This document shows, in pieces, positions 27,936 to 38,537 of a stretch of DNA of 64,000 nt (within the stretch, counting starts at the first letter, position 1; each line of letters starts with the position of its first letter). This DNA is from an uncultured Phycisphaerae bacterium (GTDB lineage: Bacteria; Planctomycetota; Phycisphaerae; UBA1845; PWPN01). Where the stretch lies: NCBI GenBank assembly GCA_938005315.1, contig CALLOB010000005.1, positions 88,790 to 152,789 of the forward strand. The letters are read 5' to 3'. The position numbers and the translations under genes were made by a program. The notes below the pieces were generated by a model, which saw nothing but the letters and a program-made list of their open reading frames with translations, had not been told where the DNA came from and made no database searches.

Positions 27936-30614
27936 TCATCTGGCAGGCGTAAGTTCAATGCCGATCGGACCTTGGTGCAGGGCGGGCAGGTCCACCCGCA
28001 GCCTTCCGGAGCCCAGCGGGCCGATATCGCCGGAGCGCCCCAGGCAGTACCGGGCCTGCCAAGCCTGGACGCCAGTGGGTAGACGCCCGGTGTCGATCGC
28101 CACGTCAAAGGTTGCGGGGTCCTCCGTTCGATTGGCCAGGAAAACCAGCACACGGTCCGGCAGCATGTAGTAACCGGTGTAGAACCCCTCCCCCCCCACC
28201 AGTTCCTGGGCGTACCAGGGCCGGGCCTGAATCACGCGATCCCAGTCGATCGAGTCCAGCAGGTCCCACAGCGGGCGGACGCGGTTCCATGTGTCGGTGG
28301 TATCGGGGTCGTCGCCCCAGGCTCCGTTGCCGCTGCAGACCTGGATGTCGCTGAGGTTGATCGCGGCCATGGCGATGTTGTAGGGGTTCTGCGACGACTC
28401 GCGCATCCCGTACATCTTGATCATGCAGCCGGTCAGCAGGGCGTTATGCCCGTCGCGATAGTATTCCGGCTCGGCCTCCTGGAACGACTCGCCGATCATC
28501 ATGCAGTCGTAGAAACCGTTGAGCAGCCAGTCCAGCCCGCTCCAGGGCTCCAGCCCGTAGCCGGCCCGGTTGAGCTCGAGCACCTTGCGGACGCGGTAAT
28601 ACGCGCGATGGGCGATCTCGTCGAGCGTCAGGCCCTCGTCGCCGGGCTCAGGCGGGGTCGGTCCGCGATGGAACGTTCCCAGGCAGCCGCCGTCCAGGTA
28701 GAAGCCGTCCAGTCCGTATTCCCTGCACCAGTAGTCCGCCATCCAGGCCAGGAAACGCGGATAGCGGCCGGTGATGTGATAGAACGTCTGGTCCTGGAGG
28801 TCCCAGTTCTTCTGGTAGCCGCCGTAGCGGCCCTTTCCAGGGCACAGATCCTCGAAGCGCAACAGGGCGCTGCGTCCGGGCAGGATGCCGAGGTAGCCGA
28901 TGGTCTTCATGCCCAGCCGGTGACTCTCCTCCATGGCCCGCTTCATCTCGGCGTGATTCACCAGGAAGCCCTCGCGATCCCTGAAATCGCTGTTGATCCA
29001 TGTATGGTGCCAGACCATGGCGTCGGTGCCGTGACCGGCGTAGCGGGCCAGATCGACGTTGTCGGGGTACTCCTGGAAACTCGGAAGCCGCCGCCAGTGC
29101 TGCACCGGCCCCTCCGGATAGCGGATGAAGTGGACCATGCGGTGCTTGAAGCCGGTCAGGTTCAGCGGCTGGGCCGGCAGAATCGAGGTCGCGAACTTCA
29201 GCACGGATCCCGCGCAGGCCACCCCTATCCCCCCGCCGTCGGCGCGGTAAAGCACCGCACCGGGCGGCTCCGAAGCCTTGACGTAGAAGCCGGCCTTGTT
29301 GTTGTGCCGCAGGAGATCCCGGCTTTTCAGGACCGGCAGGTCGCCCAGGGGTTCGACGGACTGGACGGCCGTTTCAGAACCGACGCGGAAGCCTTCCGCC
29401 AGATCGATCTCGGCCCGGATGACCTTCGCAGTCGGCCCCTCGACGGTCACCGTCCAGAACCAGACGGTTTGACAGCTCCGGGCCGCCGTCACCCGGGCGA
29501 CGGCCGTCCTGCCGGCGGCGGATTTCAGCGGCAGAAGCATCCGGACGTTCAAGTCGTCGCTCTCGACCACGGCCGTGCGGGCCGGATCCGGGCCGAAGAA
29601 CTCGCCCCCGGCCGAGAGGACCGCCACCGCCGGGCACCGTCCGGCCGCCAGAAGATCGTCGCCATAGAGGCCCGCGCGGATCTCGGCCATGACCGCCGGC
29701 CCGTCGGGCCGGAACACGGCCGTGGCCCCGGTGGCCGGCCAGGTCCAGCGGACACGTCCGTCCTCGGCGACCACATCGTTGCGGCGACGCACGTCGTCCT
29801 CGAAATGGCTGTCCACATCGTGCGCGAAGGCATAGAGCTCGCGCAGGCACTCCTGGCGACGCTGCTGCTCGCGCGGGCTGATCAGTTCCCACTGCTGCAC
29901 GTCCCTCAGCCGCATGCGCCCGGCCGAGCCGAAGCCGAACTTGCCGCCGGCCGGATCGGGGTCGTCGAAGGCCAGCAATCCGCGACCGTCGGCTGCGATC
30001 TCGATGTCGGCCCCCCGGGTAAAGATGCGCAGCTCGACCGGGCCGCCGGCCTGCGGCGGAAACTCCGCCGTAGCCACCACCCGGCTGCTGGACTCCTCGG
30101 GCATCGGCGAGGAATGCGACTGCCCGCCGATCATCGTCCGGCTGACGGTCACCGACCGGGCGATCGCCCGCCCGCCGGCCAGGTCCAGTTCGATCAGCAC
30201 CTCGCCGAAGGCGTCCGTCGAACGCAGCAGCACCAGCACCGGCCCATCGATCTGCTCGACCAGGCAGGTGATCACCTGGTTGCGCAGCGGCACGCCCCCG
30301 TCCACCACCGTTCCGACGACCTCCACCCACCCGTCGCGCGAGGAGACCGACATCGCCGGCGGACCCTCGAAATCCCGGCGGTTCCAGGGCAGGCCCAGCA
30401 CGTGCCAGGTACGCTTGGCGACCCATTCCATCGGGCTCAGCGAGGCATCGGTGTCCTCGTGACCCGCGCAACGCCCGAAGACCGGCGTCTGGATGACCGA
30501 CTCGGCGTCCTCGGCCGGCGCCGGCCGGCGGAAGCGTTCGACGGCCTCGACCGGCGAAAGACACCCCATCAGCAGGATCGGCCACAGGACGCTTGCCGAA
30601 CGGCGGTTCATCAT
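27936..30614 (-). CDS. Secreted putative glycoside hydrolase (C-terminal TIM barrel, family unassigned)
   Basis: Signal peptide; ConA-like N-terminal segment (GKFGF); HRLGMKTIGY and YGLDGFYLDG barrel motifs. Confidence 0.7.
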   Translation of the reverse strand: MMNRRSASVLWPILLMGCLSPVEAVERFRRPAPAEDAESVIQTPVFGRCAGHEDTDASLSPMEWVAKRTWHVLGLPWNRRDFEGPPAMSVSSRDGWVEVVGTVVDGGVPLRNQVITCLVEQIDGPVLVLLRSTDAFGEVLIELDLAGGRAIARSVTVSRTMIGGQSHSSPMPEESSSRVVATAEFPPQAGGPVELRIFTRGADIEIAADGRGLLAFDDPDPAGGKFGFGSAGRMRLRDVQQWELISPREQQRRQECLRELYAFAHDVDSHFEDDVRRRNDVVAEDGRVRWTWPATGATAVFRPDGPAVMAEIRAGLYGDDLLAAGRCPAVAVLSAGGEFFGPDPARTAVVESDDLNVRMLLPLKSAAGRTAVARVTAARSCQTVWFWTVTVEGPTAKVIRAEIDLAEGFRVGSETAVQSVEPLGDLPVLKSRDLLRHNNKAGFYVKASEPPGAVLYRADGGGIGVACAGSVLKFATSILPAQPLNLTGFKHRMVHFIRYPEGPVQHWRRLPSFQEYPDNVDLARYAGHGTDAMVWHHTWINSDFRDREGFLVNHAEMKRAMEESHRLGMKTIGYLGILPGRSALLRFEDLCPGKGRYGGYQKNWDLQDQTFYHITGRYPRFLAWMADYWCREYGLDGFYLDGGCLGTFHRGPTPPEPGDEGLTLDEIAHRAYYRVRKVLELNRAGYGLEPWSGLDWLLNGFYDCMMIGESFQEAEPEYYRDGHNALLTGCMIKMYGMRESSQNPYNIAMAAINLSDIQVCSGNGAWGDDPDTTDTWNRVRPLWDLLDSIDWDRVIQARPWYAQELVGGEGFYTGYYMLPDRVLVFLANRTEDPATFDVAIDTGRLPTGVQAWQARYCLGRSGDIGPLGSGRLRVDLPALHQGPIGIELTPAR

Positions 30615-30787
30615 GATCGGCCTCCGGAGACGCGTTGGGGCGAATCGACGCCGGCCCGAGTCGCCCACCCTCGGCGACGCGGCCGCGGGTATGGATTTTA
30701 ACTGGTTCAATGCTATCCTTCCAGATGCCTCACGGCGGGCCCGCAGGCGACCGGTCGTGGACCCGCGGCGACGGCAGGGAGGAAGCG

Positions 30788-32542
30788 ATGATGCTGAAGG
30801 CGGCTTGTCGATCACGATCCGTCGGGCACTGCGGGAACCCACGGCGACCGGCCCCGGGGGGTCCGGTCCTGGCCGCGATCCTTTCGACCGCTCTGTCGGG
30901 CGCGGCTGCCGGCGCCGGCCCGGCGACCACGGCTCCGGGACCGGACGCGGCGACCTTCAGGCCTTCGACCGCGGGCAAGAAACTGCTGCTCTACGGCGGG
31001 CCGTCGCTGGAGGAGGCCAACGCCCTGCCCCCCGATCGCCGGCCGGCCTTCGACGGCCTGATCAACGGCGGCGGCGGACTGGTCTTCCGGGACCGGCTCG
31101 ACGAGGCCGAAGTCATGGCCTGGGCGGAAAAGACCGCGGCCATGCCTTTCGGCCGGTACACCGACAACTTCACCCTGTGCTACGCGGTTCCCGGGCAGAA
31201 GCCCGAGGATTTCGACTGGTTCGACGACCTCTCGTTCATCATCGAGAACTGGCGCATCATGGGCGCGGCCGCCCGCAGGGCCGGCTTCAAGGGCATCTGC
31301 TTCGACTCGGAGTACTATGAAGGGCACCCGCTCTTCGGCTATGCCCGCATGCGTCACGCCCGCGAAAAGAGCTTCCAGGAATACGCCGCCCGGGTCCGCC
31401 AGCAGGCCGCGGAGATGATGAAGGCCGCCTGCCGGGACTTCCCCGACATCGCCATCCTGCTGCTGTTCGGGTATTCAGGCTCCTTCAACGGCGTGCCCCA
31501 GCACCCCAACTCCCGCCAGGAGAACTACACCCTCGTGGCGGCGTTCGTGGACGGGCTGCTCTCGGCCTGCCCGCCGGGAGCGACGGTTCACGACATGCAC
31601 GAGCAGGCGTTCAGCTTCCGCGTACCGGGATCCTATCGGCGGGCCAGGGCGATGATGAAGGATCTGCTGGTCGAAACCAGCCACGATCCGGACAGGTACC
31701 GGCGCCATCACCGGGCGGGCTTCTCGTTCTGGGCGGACTGCTGGGAGAACGCCTCCGAGGGCCGGCCGTTCAGCGTCGAGGTCTTCGACCTGAACTTCTA
31801 CACGCCGCACGAATTCGCCTACAGCCTTCACCACGCCCTGGCCTGGAGCGACCGCTACGTCTGGATGTGGCCGGGGGTGATCGACTGGTGGAAGCAGACC
31901 GCCCGGACGGTGGATGCCGAAGGCCGGCAGGTCGTCCGGCCGCTGCCGGCGGAGTACTTTTGCACGCTCGAGCAGGCCCATCAGGAATACGTGCCTGAAC
32001 CGCCCCGCCGGCGCCGGCCCAACACCTACCGCAACGAGCCGGCCGCCCGGCAGGAGGGCTTCTCCGACGAGGAGACCTTCGGCGACCTCTGGCGCGATCA
32101 CGAACCGCTGGGCGATCTGCCGGAGACCTGGCGGTTCCGCATCGATCCGGACGAAACCGGCCGGGACTCCGGCTGGCATCTGCCCGCCTGCGACGATTCC
32201 GACTGGCAACCGATCCGCATCCGCGAGTTCTGGGAGAACCAGGGCTTCTCGCCCTACGACGGGCAGGCCTGGTACCGTCTGCGCTGGACGCCGCCGGAGC
32301 TGCCGCCCGGCCGGCGGATCTTCCTGGCCTTCGGCGCGGTGGCCGACGAGGCCCAGGTGTTCGTGGGCGGCAGATCGTTGTATGCCTCGCCGTTCGGTCG
32401 CAACATCCGGCACGAACGTTTCCTGGTCGATGTCACCGACGCCCTGGCCGCCGGCCGACCGGCCGACATCGCGGTGCGCGTCTGGAACACCGGCTGGTGC
32501 GGCGGCATCTGGAAGAGCGTCAAACTGATCGCATCGAAGTAG
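30788..32542 (+). CDS. Secreted putative glycoside hydrolase with C-terminal GH2-type sugar-binding domain
   Basis: Signal peptide; AGFKGICFDSEYY barrel motif; C-terminal WRFRID..G..W...DDSDW, YDGQAWYR, FGAVADEA, GGIWKSV. Confidence 0.75.
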   Translation: MMLKAACRSRSVGHCGNPRRPAPGGPVLAAILSTALSGAAAGAGPATTAPGPDAATFRPSTAGKKLLLYGGPSLEEANALPPDRRPAFDGLINGGGGLVFRDRLDEAEVMAWAEKTAAMPFGRYTDNFTLCYAVPGQKPEDFDWFDDLSFIIENWRIMGAAARRAGFKGICFDSEYYEGHPLFGYARMRHAREKSFQEYAARVRQQAAEMMKAACRDFPDIAILLLFGYSGSFNGVPQHPNSRQENYTLVAAFVDGLLSACPPGATVHDMHEQAFSFRVPGSYRRARAMMKDLLVETSHDPDRYRRHHRAGFSFWADCWENASEGRPFSVEVFDLNFYTPHEFAYSLHHALAWSDRYVWMWPGVIDWWKQTARTVDAEGRQVVRPLPAEYFCTLEQAHQEYVPEPPRRRRPNTYRNEPAARQEGFSDEETFGDLWRDHEPLGDLPETWRFRIDPDETGRDSGWHLPACDDSDWQPIRIREFWENQGFSPYDGQAWYRLRWTPPELPPGRRIFLAFGAVADEAQVFVGGRSLYASPFGRNIRHERFLVDVTDALAAGRPADIAVRVWNTGWCGGIWKSVKLIASK

Positions 32543-32596
32543 GATGCAGAGGTCCGATGTGCAAAGCCGCACATGCAGGATCGGGAGAAAAGGCTG

Positions 32597-35578
32597 ATGC
32601 GTCTGAAAACGACCGTGATTCTGATCGCCGCGGCGCTGCTCCCGGCGCCCGTGCCGGCCCAGGTGCTCATCACCGGGCGGATCACCGTACCGCGGACCGA
32701 GGGCTCGGCCGACGACGTGCCGCTGAGCTCGATCATCGCCGTGGCCGCCCCCGCCGGAACCGAGGCCCAGCCGGTCGTCACCCGCACCCGCCACGATGAG
32801 CTGCCCTGGGAACCGGATCCCATCGGCGGCTGGCGGGTTTCCGGGGCTGCCGGCGTGTACACGCTGGCGTTCGTCCATCCGGCGCACTTCCTCAGGCCGA
32901 TTGTGCGGACCAATCATTACGCGCGCGACGGGGACTCGTTCTCCCTGAACCTCTCCCCGCGGTTCGACGTGGCGATGTTCGACGAATCGTCCGCCGACGA
33001 CCGGCCGGCCCGAGGCTATATCCAGCTGTTCACCGCCCGCTCGACCAGCCTGACCCATCTGGGCTTCAAGCCGGCCGAGGAGGTGGCCGGCGGCGCTTGC
33101 CCGGCGGACCGCGACCTGATCGTCTCGATTCACCGGGCCGGGGACGGTCCCCCCGAGACCTGGCCTCAGGTCGGTCCCGCCGGAATCGTGCCGTACAGAG
33201 CTCTGCACGCTCCGGTCGAGCGTGCCGGGGCCCGCGACTTTCCCTGGTCGCTGGGCTGGCTTTCCGGCGAAGTCCCCCTGGAGCCCGGGCGGACCTACGG
33301 CGTCTTCATCCGCCCGCGATCGCCGGATGCGCGACTGCGGATGTGCTGGCGACCCTCCCCTTCGCCCGCCGGGGACTGCTATCGCATCGACGGCGACGGC
33401 GCTGCGGCCCCTGCCGGTCGGCAGATCTGGATGGCCGCCTCCGGCGACGGCGACGGGCTCCTGATCCCCTATGGCAAGCGCATCCACCGCGAGTTCGGCG
33501 AGCAGGGCCGCTTCAGACCGCGCTGGTCGCAGACTTACGTGCCGGCGGGTCGCGGGCTGGCGGCCGTCGTGCTCTATGCCGCCGGCACCACCGAACAGAT
33601 ACCGCTGCGGCGCCAGCGGGCGACCGTGCGCGTGCGGCGCGGCGGGCCGGCCGGCCCGGTAGTCGGCGTCGAGAAGATCGCCGCCGGACACGGCGAATGG
33701 ACCGGCGATGCCTCCTGGGGTGTGTTGGCCGCGGCCTTCGCGCCCGGCGAGGTTCCGTTGACGCCCGGCGAGCCTTTCGCGATCGAGTTCGAGACCCTCG
33801 AGAACTTCAACACCCTGCACGGCTTCATCAACATCAAGAACGTGCCCAGCGGCGACACCGGCGGTTTCTCGCCCTATTTCCGCCCCCCCGCCGATCCCTA
33901 CGAGGCCGGCCAGGCCTGGCTGGACGGACGCGAGCCGGTGGAGGCCGATCTGGACATGATGGTCGTCGAGTACGCCGCACCGGACGACGACTGGGCCGCA
34001 CGAGTCGAGCCGGAGAACCTGCTGGTCAACGGCGACCTGCGCGAAGGCAGCCAGGATGCCTGCCCGCCGGAGCCGTGGAAAACCTTCGCGATCGACCCGG
34101 CCACCGAGCACCGCTGCCCGAAGGACGCGGAGCTCGCGCCGCTGCGCGTGTTGCAGGTCGTCGGGGGAAGCCTCAACGGCCGGACGGCCGACGGCGGCTT
34201 CGTGCAGCGCGTCGGCGGGCTGGATCGGGCCTGCACCTATCGCCCGGAGGTCTGGGTGCGCTGCTCGCACGCCGTGGATGTCGAGCACCAGTGCTTCGTC
34301 GGCGTCGATCCCACCGGGCAGACGGACGACCCGCGTGCGGGCACCATCGCCTGGACGACGTTGCCGGCGGTCAGCGGTCGATTCGTCCTCCACCGCGGAG
34401 AACCGGTCCGTCCGGCGGCCGAGGCCGTGAGCCTGTGGCTGCGGGCCCGGACGACCAGCACCGCCGGTTCGCCGATCGTCGTGCCGCTGGATCCCTTCGG
34501 CTTTCGCGCCGAGTTCTCCGCCGCAGGGCTGTACCGCGTCGATACCGGCGTGCCGCGCGATCCGCTTGAAGGCGACCCGGAGGGCGAGCCGACGGGACTG
34601 GACACCGCGCGATTGGAGCGGCTGGACGCCCGCGTGCGCGAGCTGATGCAGAAGCTTCCCCGCCGGCCGGTCATGAGCGGACGGGGACGGCCCACGAAAC
34701 TGGGTCTGTACTACTTCCTGGGCTACCAGGAATCGCCGGGTTTCTTCGAACTGGCCGACACCGGATGCGTGCCCCTGGTGCGGACCATCGGGCAGGCTTT
34801 CGACCGCTCCTGGCGCGTGGCGGAGAAGAATCCGCGGGCGATCCTGGTGGTGGGTACCGGCTGCGGGGACGGCGAGCCGGTCTTCGACGCGGCCCGCGAG
34901 ACGCCGGCCCAGGCCGCCGAGCGCAACGCTGGCATCATCCGGGCCAACCTCGCGCACGTGCCCGAGCATCAGCGGGCACGCGTCGATTTCATCGAGTGCC
35001 TGCCGATCATGTGGGAGCCCAAAGACCATCAGACGGCCTTGTGGTTCAGCGAGTACCTCTGCGAGCTGCTGCCGCGGATCGCCGACCTGGGGCCCCGGCC
35101 GGTCGTGCTCAATACCGGCATCGGCGGAGCCCCGATCCGGCCCGACATCCTGGCCGGAATGGTGCCGGGGCTGCGGCTGGCCCACCATCTCGGCGGAGCC
35201 TGGGGCTCGCACGGCTACAGCGCCCGATACGCCCGGGACGAGCGGATCGAGTCCTTCTACAGCCTGCGGCACCGCCGGGCCTACAAGTTCCTGGAGCGTC
35301 ACGCCCCCGACATCGCCGACCTGCCGGTCTATCTGCCCGAAGGCGGCATCGACGAGATCGGCGACGCCGGCAAGAGCGGCTGGCAGGCCCGCGGACCGGT
35401 TGAAAAGCACGCCCGCTGGCTCGCGTGGTACGACGAGCAGCTTCGTCGCGACGATCGCGTCCTGGGCGTGGCCCTGTTCAAGATCGGCACGCCGCCGGAG
35501 TGGAAATCCTTCGATCTGGAGCCGATGACCGAGTGGCTCGGGCGATACTACCGGTCGCTCGGGCCGGGGCCGCGTTGA
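32597..35578 (+). CDS. Large secreted multidomain protein with CBM-like module and C-terminal clan-A-like glycoside hydrolase domain
   Basis: Signal peptide MRLKTTVILIAAALL; NLLVNGD CBM-like motif; SHGYS, LPVYLPEGG, DDRVLGVALF. Confidence 0.7.
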   Translation: MRLKTTVILIAAALLPAPVPAQVLITGRITVPRTEGSADDVPLSSIIAVAAPAGTEAQPVVTRTRHDELPWEPDPIGGWRVSGAAGVYTLAFVHPAHFLRPIVRTNHYARDGDSFSLNLSPRFDVAMFDESSADDRPARGYIQLFTARSTSLTHLGFKPAEEVAGGACPADRDLIVSIHRAGDGPPETWPQVGPAGIVPYRALHAPVERAGARDFPWSLGWLSGEVPLEPGRTYGVFIRPRSPDARLRMCWRPSPSPAGDCYRIDGDGAAAPAGRQIWMAASGDGDGLLIPYGKRIHREFGEQGRFRPRWSQTYVPAGRGLAAVVLYAAGTTEQIPLRRQRATVRVRRGGPAGPVVGVEKIAAGHGEWTGDASWGVLAAAFAPGEVPLTPGEPFAIEFETLENFNTLHGFINIKNVPSGDTGGFSPYFRPPADPYEAGQAWLDGREPVEADLDMMVVEYAAPDDDWAARVEPENLLVNGDLREGSQDACPPEPWKTFAIDPATEHRCPKDAELAPLRVLQVVGGSLNGRTADGGFVQRVGGLDRACTYRPEVWVRCSHAVDVEHQCFVGVDPTGQTDDPRAGTIAWTTLPAVSGRFVLHRGEPVRPAAEAVSLWLRARTTSTAGSPIVVPLDPFGFRAEFSAAGLYRVDTGVPRDPLEGDPEGEPTGLDTARLERLDARVRELMQKLPRRPVMSGRGRPTKLGLYYFLGYQESPGFFELADTGCVPLVRTIGQAFDRSWRVAEKNPRAILVVGTGCGDGEPVFDAARETPAQAAERNAGIIRANLAHVPEHQRARVDFIECLPIMWEPKDHQTALWFSEYLCELLPRIADLGPRPVVLNTGIGGAPIRPDILAGMVPGLRLAHHLGGAWGSHGYSARYARDERIESFYSLRHRRAYKFLERHAPDIADLPVYLPEGGIDEIGDAGKSGWQARGPVEKHARWLAWYDEQLRRDDRVLGVALFKIGTPPEWKSFDLEPMTEWLGRYYRSLGPGPR

Positions 35579-35642
35579 GAAGTCCCTTCCCGCAAGCCCG
35601 GCCGGGCGACAGGACCGGCCCGCGGGCGGTACAATGCCTTCC

Positions 35643-36401
35643 ATGACCGGCGAACGCCTGCGGATCCTGGCCCTGGAAACCTCCGGCCGCTTCGGCAGCG
35701 CGGCCGTGGGCACCGAGACCGGCGTTCTGGCGGCGCGATGCCTCGACGACGCCATGAGCCACGCCACCGCGCTGATGCCCGCCGTTCAGGAGTTGCTGAG
35801 CACAGCCGGCTGGCCGGCCGACACGCTGACCGACGTGTTCGTCTCGATCGGCCCGGGCAGTTTCACCGGCCTGAGAATCGGGGTCAGTATCGCCCGCACG
35901 CTGGCCTGGTCCGTCGGGGCCCGCATCGTGGCCGTGCCGACCATGGAGGTCCTGGCACGCAATGCGCTGCGTGCCGAGACGCCGCCGGAGCACATAGCCC
36001 CGATCGTCGATGCCAAGCAGGCCAAGGTGTTCACCGCCGCGTACCGCCTGGAACACCGGGAGTATGTTTGCCTGCGCGACGCCTGCCTGGCCGAGCCCGG
36101 CGCGTTCCTGGCCGGTCTGCCCCGGCCGCTGGCGGTGCTCGGCGAGGGAGTCCCCAGGCACCGGGCGGCCGTCGAAGCCGCCGGCGCGACCGTGCTGCCC
36201 GAGGATCTGTGGCCGGGCCGGGCCGAGGAGGTGCTGGCCGTGGGGCTGCGGATGGCCCGCGCAAGGCAGTTCACCGCGGCCCGCGACCTGGTGCCGAGGT
36301 ACGTGCGTCGACCGGAGATGGAGGAGCGCTGGGAGAAGCGGCACGCGGCGGGCGCGATGCCCGGCGGCGCGCCGCCGGCGGCCAACGAGCCCGCACCCTG
36401 A
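35643..36401 (+). CDS. tsaB: tRNA threonylcarbamoyladenosine biosynthesis protein TsaB
   Basis: ILALETSG, SHA..LMP, GPGSFTGLRIG, DAK, LVPRYVR; TACAAT -10 at 35630-35. Confidence 0.95.
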   Translation: MTGERLRILALETSGRFGSAAVGTETGVLAARCLDDAMSHATALMPAVQELLSTAGWPADTLTDVFVSIGPGSFTGLRIGVSIARTLAWSVGARIVAVPTMEVLARNALRAETPPEHIAPIVDAKQAKVFTAAYRLEHREYVCLRDACLAEPGAFLAGLPRPLAVLGEGVPRHRAAVEAAGATVLPEDLWPGRAEEVLAVGLRMARARQFTAARDLVPRYVRRPEMEERWEKRHAAGAMPGGAPPAANEPAP

Positions 36402-36472
36402 AAGCCGCCGGGGTCGGATGAAGACATTCTTCTTTCTTCGCAACAGACCTGAGAGATCAGGGAGCGGACACG

Positions 36473-37597
36473 ATGGCAGCAGACAGACCCCTGGGAGTGG
36501 CCATTCTGGGTTTCGGTTTCATCGGCAGGGTGCACGCCTATGCCCATCTGAACCTGCCGCTGTACTACGACCCGCCGCCGGTGCGCACCCGGCTGGTCGG
36601 CGTGGCCACCGCCAGCCCGGCCACGGCCGAAGCAGCGCGCCGTCTGCTGGGCTTCGAGGTCGCGACCACCGATCAACTGGCCCTCATCGCCCGCGACGAC
36701 GTGGACATCGTGCACATCTGCACGCCCAACCACCTGCACGCCGAGGCCATCCTGGCGGCCATGCGGGCCGGCAAGCACATCTACTGCGACAAGCCGCTGA
36801 CGGCGACGCTCGAGCAGGCCGAACGTATCGCATCCGCCTTCCCGGCGTACCGCGGCACCAGTCAGATGACGCTGAATTACCGCTTCTTCCCCGCGACCCT
36901 GCGCGCCCGCCAGCTCGTGGCCGAGGGACGCATCGGCCAGGTCACGCATTTCCGCGGGGCCTATCTGCACGCCGGAAGCGTGGACCGGGCCAGGCCGCTG
37001 AACTGGAAGGCCGACGCCGACCAGGGCGGAGGCGTGCTCAACGACATCGGCTCGCACATCATCGACCTCCTCCAGCACCTGCTGGGACCGCTGGAGCCGC
37101 TGCACGCCGTGCGCCGCGTGTGGTGCGACCGGCGGATGGACCTCAAGGATCCCACGCGGCCCATCGCCCGGGTGGCCGAGGACTTCTCCATGGTTCTGAT
37201 GCGCACCGCCGACGGGGCCCCGGGCGTGATCGAGGCCAGCAAGATCGCCACCGGCGCCGAGGACGAGCTGCGCTTCGAGATCCACGGGGAACGCGGGGCC
37301 CTGCGGTTCAACCTCATGGACCCCTGCTGGCTGGACTTCTACGATGCCGGTGCCCCGGAGGCTCCGCTGGGCGGCTCACGCGGCTGGACCCGCATCGCGA
37401 CCGTCAACCGCTATGACCGGCCCGGCGGCTGGCCGGGCCCCAAGAACAGCATCGGCTGGCTTCGCGGGCACGTGCACTGTCTATACAACTTCCTCAAGGC
37501 CGTGGCCGACGGGGCTCCCGGCGATCCCAACCTCATGCACGGGGTGGAGTTGCAGCGCCTTCTCCACCGGATCGCGGGCATGTCCATGACCTGCTGA
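36473..37597 (+). CDS. Gfo/Idh/MocA family oxidoreductase
   Basis: LGFGFIG, ICTPNHLH, YCDKP, GGVLNDIGSHIID. Confidence 0.93.
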   Translation: MAADRPLGVAILGFGFIGRVHAYAHLNLPLYYDPPPVRTRLVGVATASPATAEAARRLLGFEVATTDQLALIARDDVDIVHICTPNHLHAEAILAAMRAGKHIYCDKPLTATLEQAERIASAFPAYRGTSQMTLNYRFFPATLRARQLVAEGRIGQVTHFRGAYLHAGSVDRARPLNWKADADQGGGVLNDIGSHIIDLLQHLLGPLEPLHAVRRVWCDRRMDLKDPTRPIARVAEDFSMVLMRTADGAPGVIEASKIATGAEDELRFEIHGERGALRFNLMDPCWLDFYDAGAPEAPLGGSRGWTRIATVNRYDRPGGWPGPKNSIGWLRGHVHCLYNFLKAVADGAPGDPNLMHGVELQRLLHRIAGMSMTC

Positions 37598-37624
37598 GCC
37601 GCCCCTCGGCCGCCCCGCAAACCG

Positions 37625-38482
37625 TCAGCGCGGCACCGGAAGGCCCAGCCTGGCCATGACCTGCTTGAGATCGCTCCAGGCCTTGGCCTTCTCTGCTGGG
37701 CTGCGCAGCAGGTAGGCCGGGTGGTAGGTCGGCATGAGCGGCGTCGGCGGCCCGACGTTCGGCGAGCCGGAGGTGTAATACTCGAACCAGTGGCCGCGCA
37801 TCCGGCCGATGCTTTCCTGGGTACGCAGCAGCGTCTGGGCGGCGGGCTTGCCCAGGGCGACGATCACCTCGGGGCGGATGATGCGCAGCTGCTCATCCAG
37901 ATAGGGCCAGCAGGCCGCGATCTCGTCGGGGGCCGGCGTGCGGTTGTCCGGCGGACGGCACTTGACCACGTTGCAGATGAACACCTCGTCGCGTGAAAGG
38001 CCCATGGCCTCGATCATCCGGGTCAGAAGCTGGCCGGCCTTGCCCACGAAGGCCAGCCCCTGCTGATCCTCCTCGTAGCCCGGGCCCTCGCCCACGAAGA
38101 CCAGCCGGGCCGCGGCGTGCCCCTGACCGAAAACCGTCCGGGTGCGGGTTTCCCAGAGCTTGCAGGATCGGCAGACCCTCACGCGGTTCTCGTCGAGCGC
38201 TTTGAGAGCCTGCATCCGCTCCTGAAGCTCCTCGGCGGTCACCGCCTGGACCATTTCGGGGCGAACCCCGCTGCGCGCGGGGGGGGCGGGGCGAGCCGAC
38301 GCGGTGCCGGAAGCCGCCGGGACGGCGGATGGCCGGTCCTGCCGCCAACGAGTCGCCGGGGAGGGCCCCGAGCCCCCGGCAGGCGTCAGCTTCAGCGGCA
38401 CGTAGCCCACGCCCAGCAGCAGATCGATTTCCAGACGTCGCCGGATCGCGGCCCGCCAGGCCGGGTCCTCCAGAATCCCCAT
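37625..38482 (-). CDS. Family 4 uracil-DNA glycosylase
   Basis: CRSCKL [4Fe-4S] ligands, VGEGPG, FVGKAG, NVVKCRPP, TYHPAYLLR; GGGAGG RBS. Confidence 0.95.
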   Translation of the reverse strand: MGILEDPAWRAAIRRRLEIDLLLGVGYVPLKLTPAGGSGPSPATRWRQDRPSAVPAASGTASARPAPPARSGVRPEMVQAVTAEELQERMQALKALDENRVRVCRSCKLWETRTRTVFGQGHAAARLVFVGEGPGYEEDQQGLAFVGKAGQLLTRMIEAMGLSRDEVFICNVVKCRPPDNRTPAPDEIAACWPYLDEQLRIIRPEVIVALGKPAAQTLLRTQESIGRMRGHWFEYYTSGSPNVGPPTPLMPTYHPAYLLRSPAEKAKAWSDLKQVMARLGLPVPR

Positions 38483-38508
38483 GACCGGCACCCTCCCGTC
38501 TGGCGACC

Positions 38509-38537
38509 CGTGTAGCACGCCGATGTCTGCCGGTCAA
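38509..38537 (-). promoter_or_regulatory. Sigma-70 promoter candidate for UDG
   Basis: TTGACC-N17-TACACG with extended TGn. Confidence 0.45.

Noticed and set aside
31475-35767. 1430-aa minus-strand ORF (also 39948-43328 minus, 28446-30701 plus, 21850-24063 plus)
   Set aside because: Antisense shadows of well-supported genes; no motifs and skewed Arg/Gly/Pro composition.
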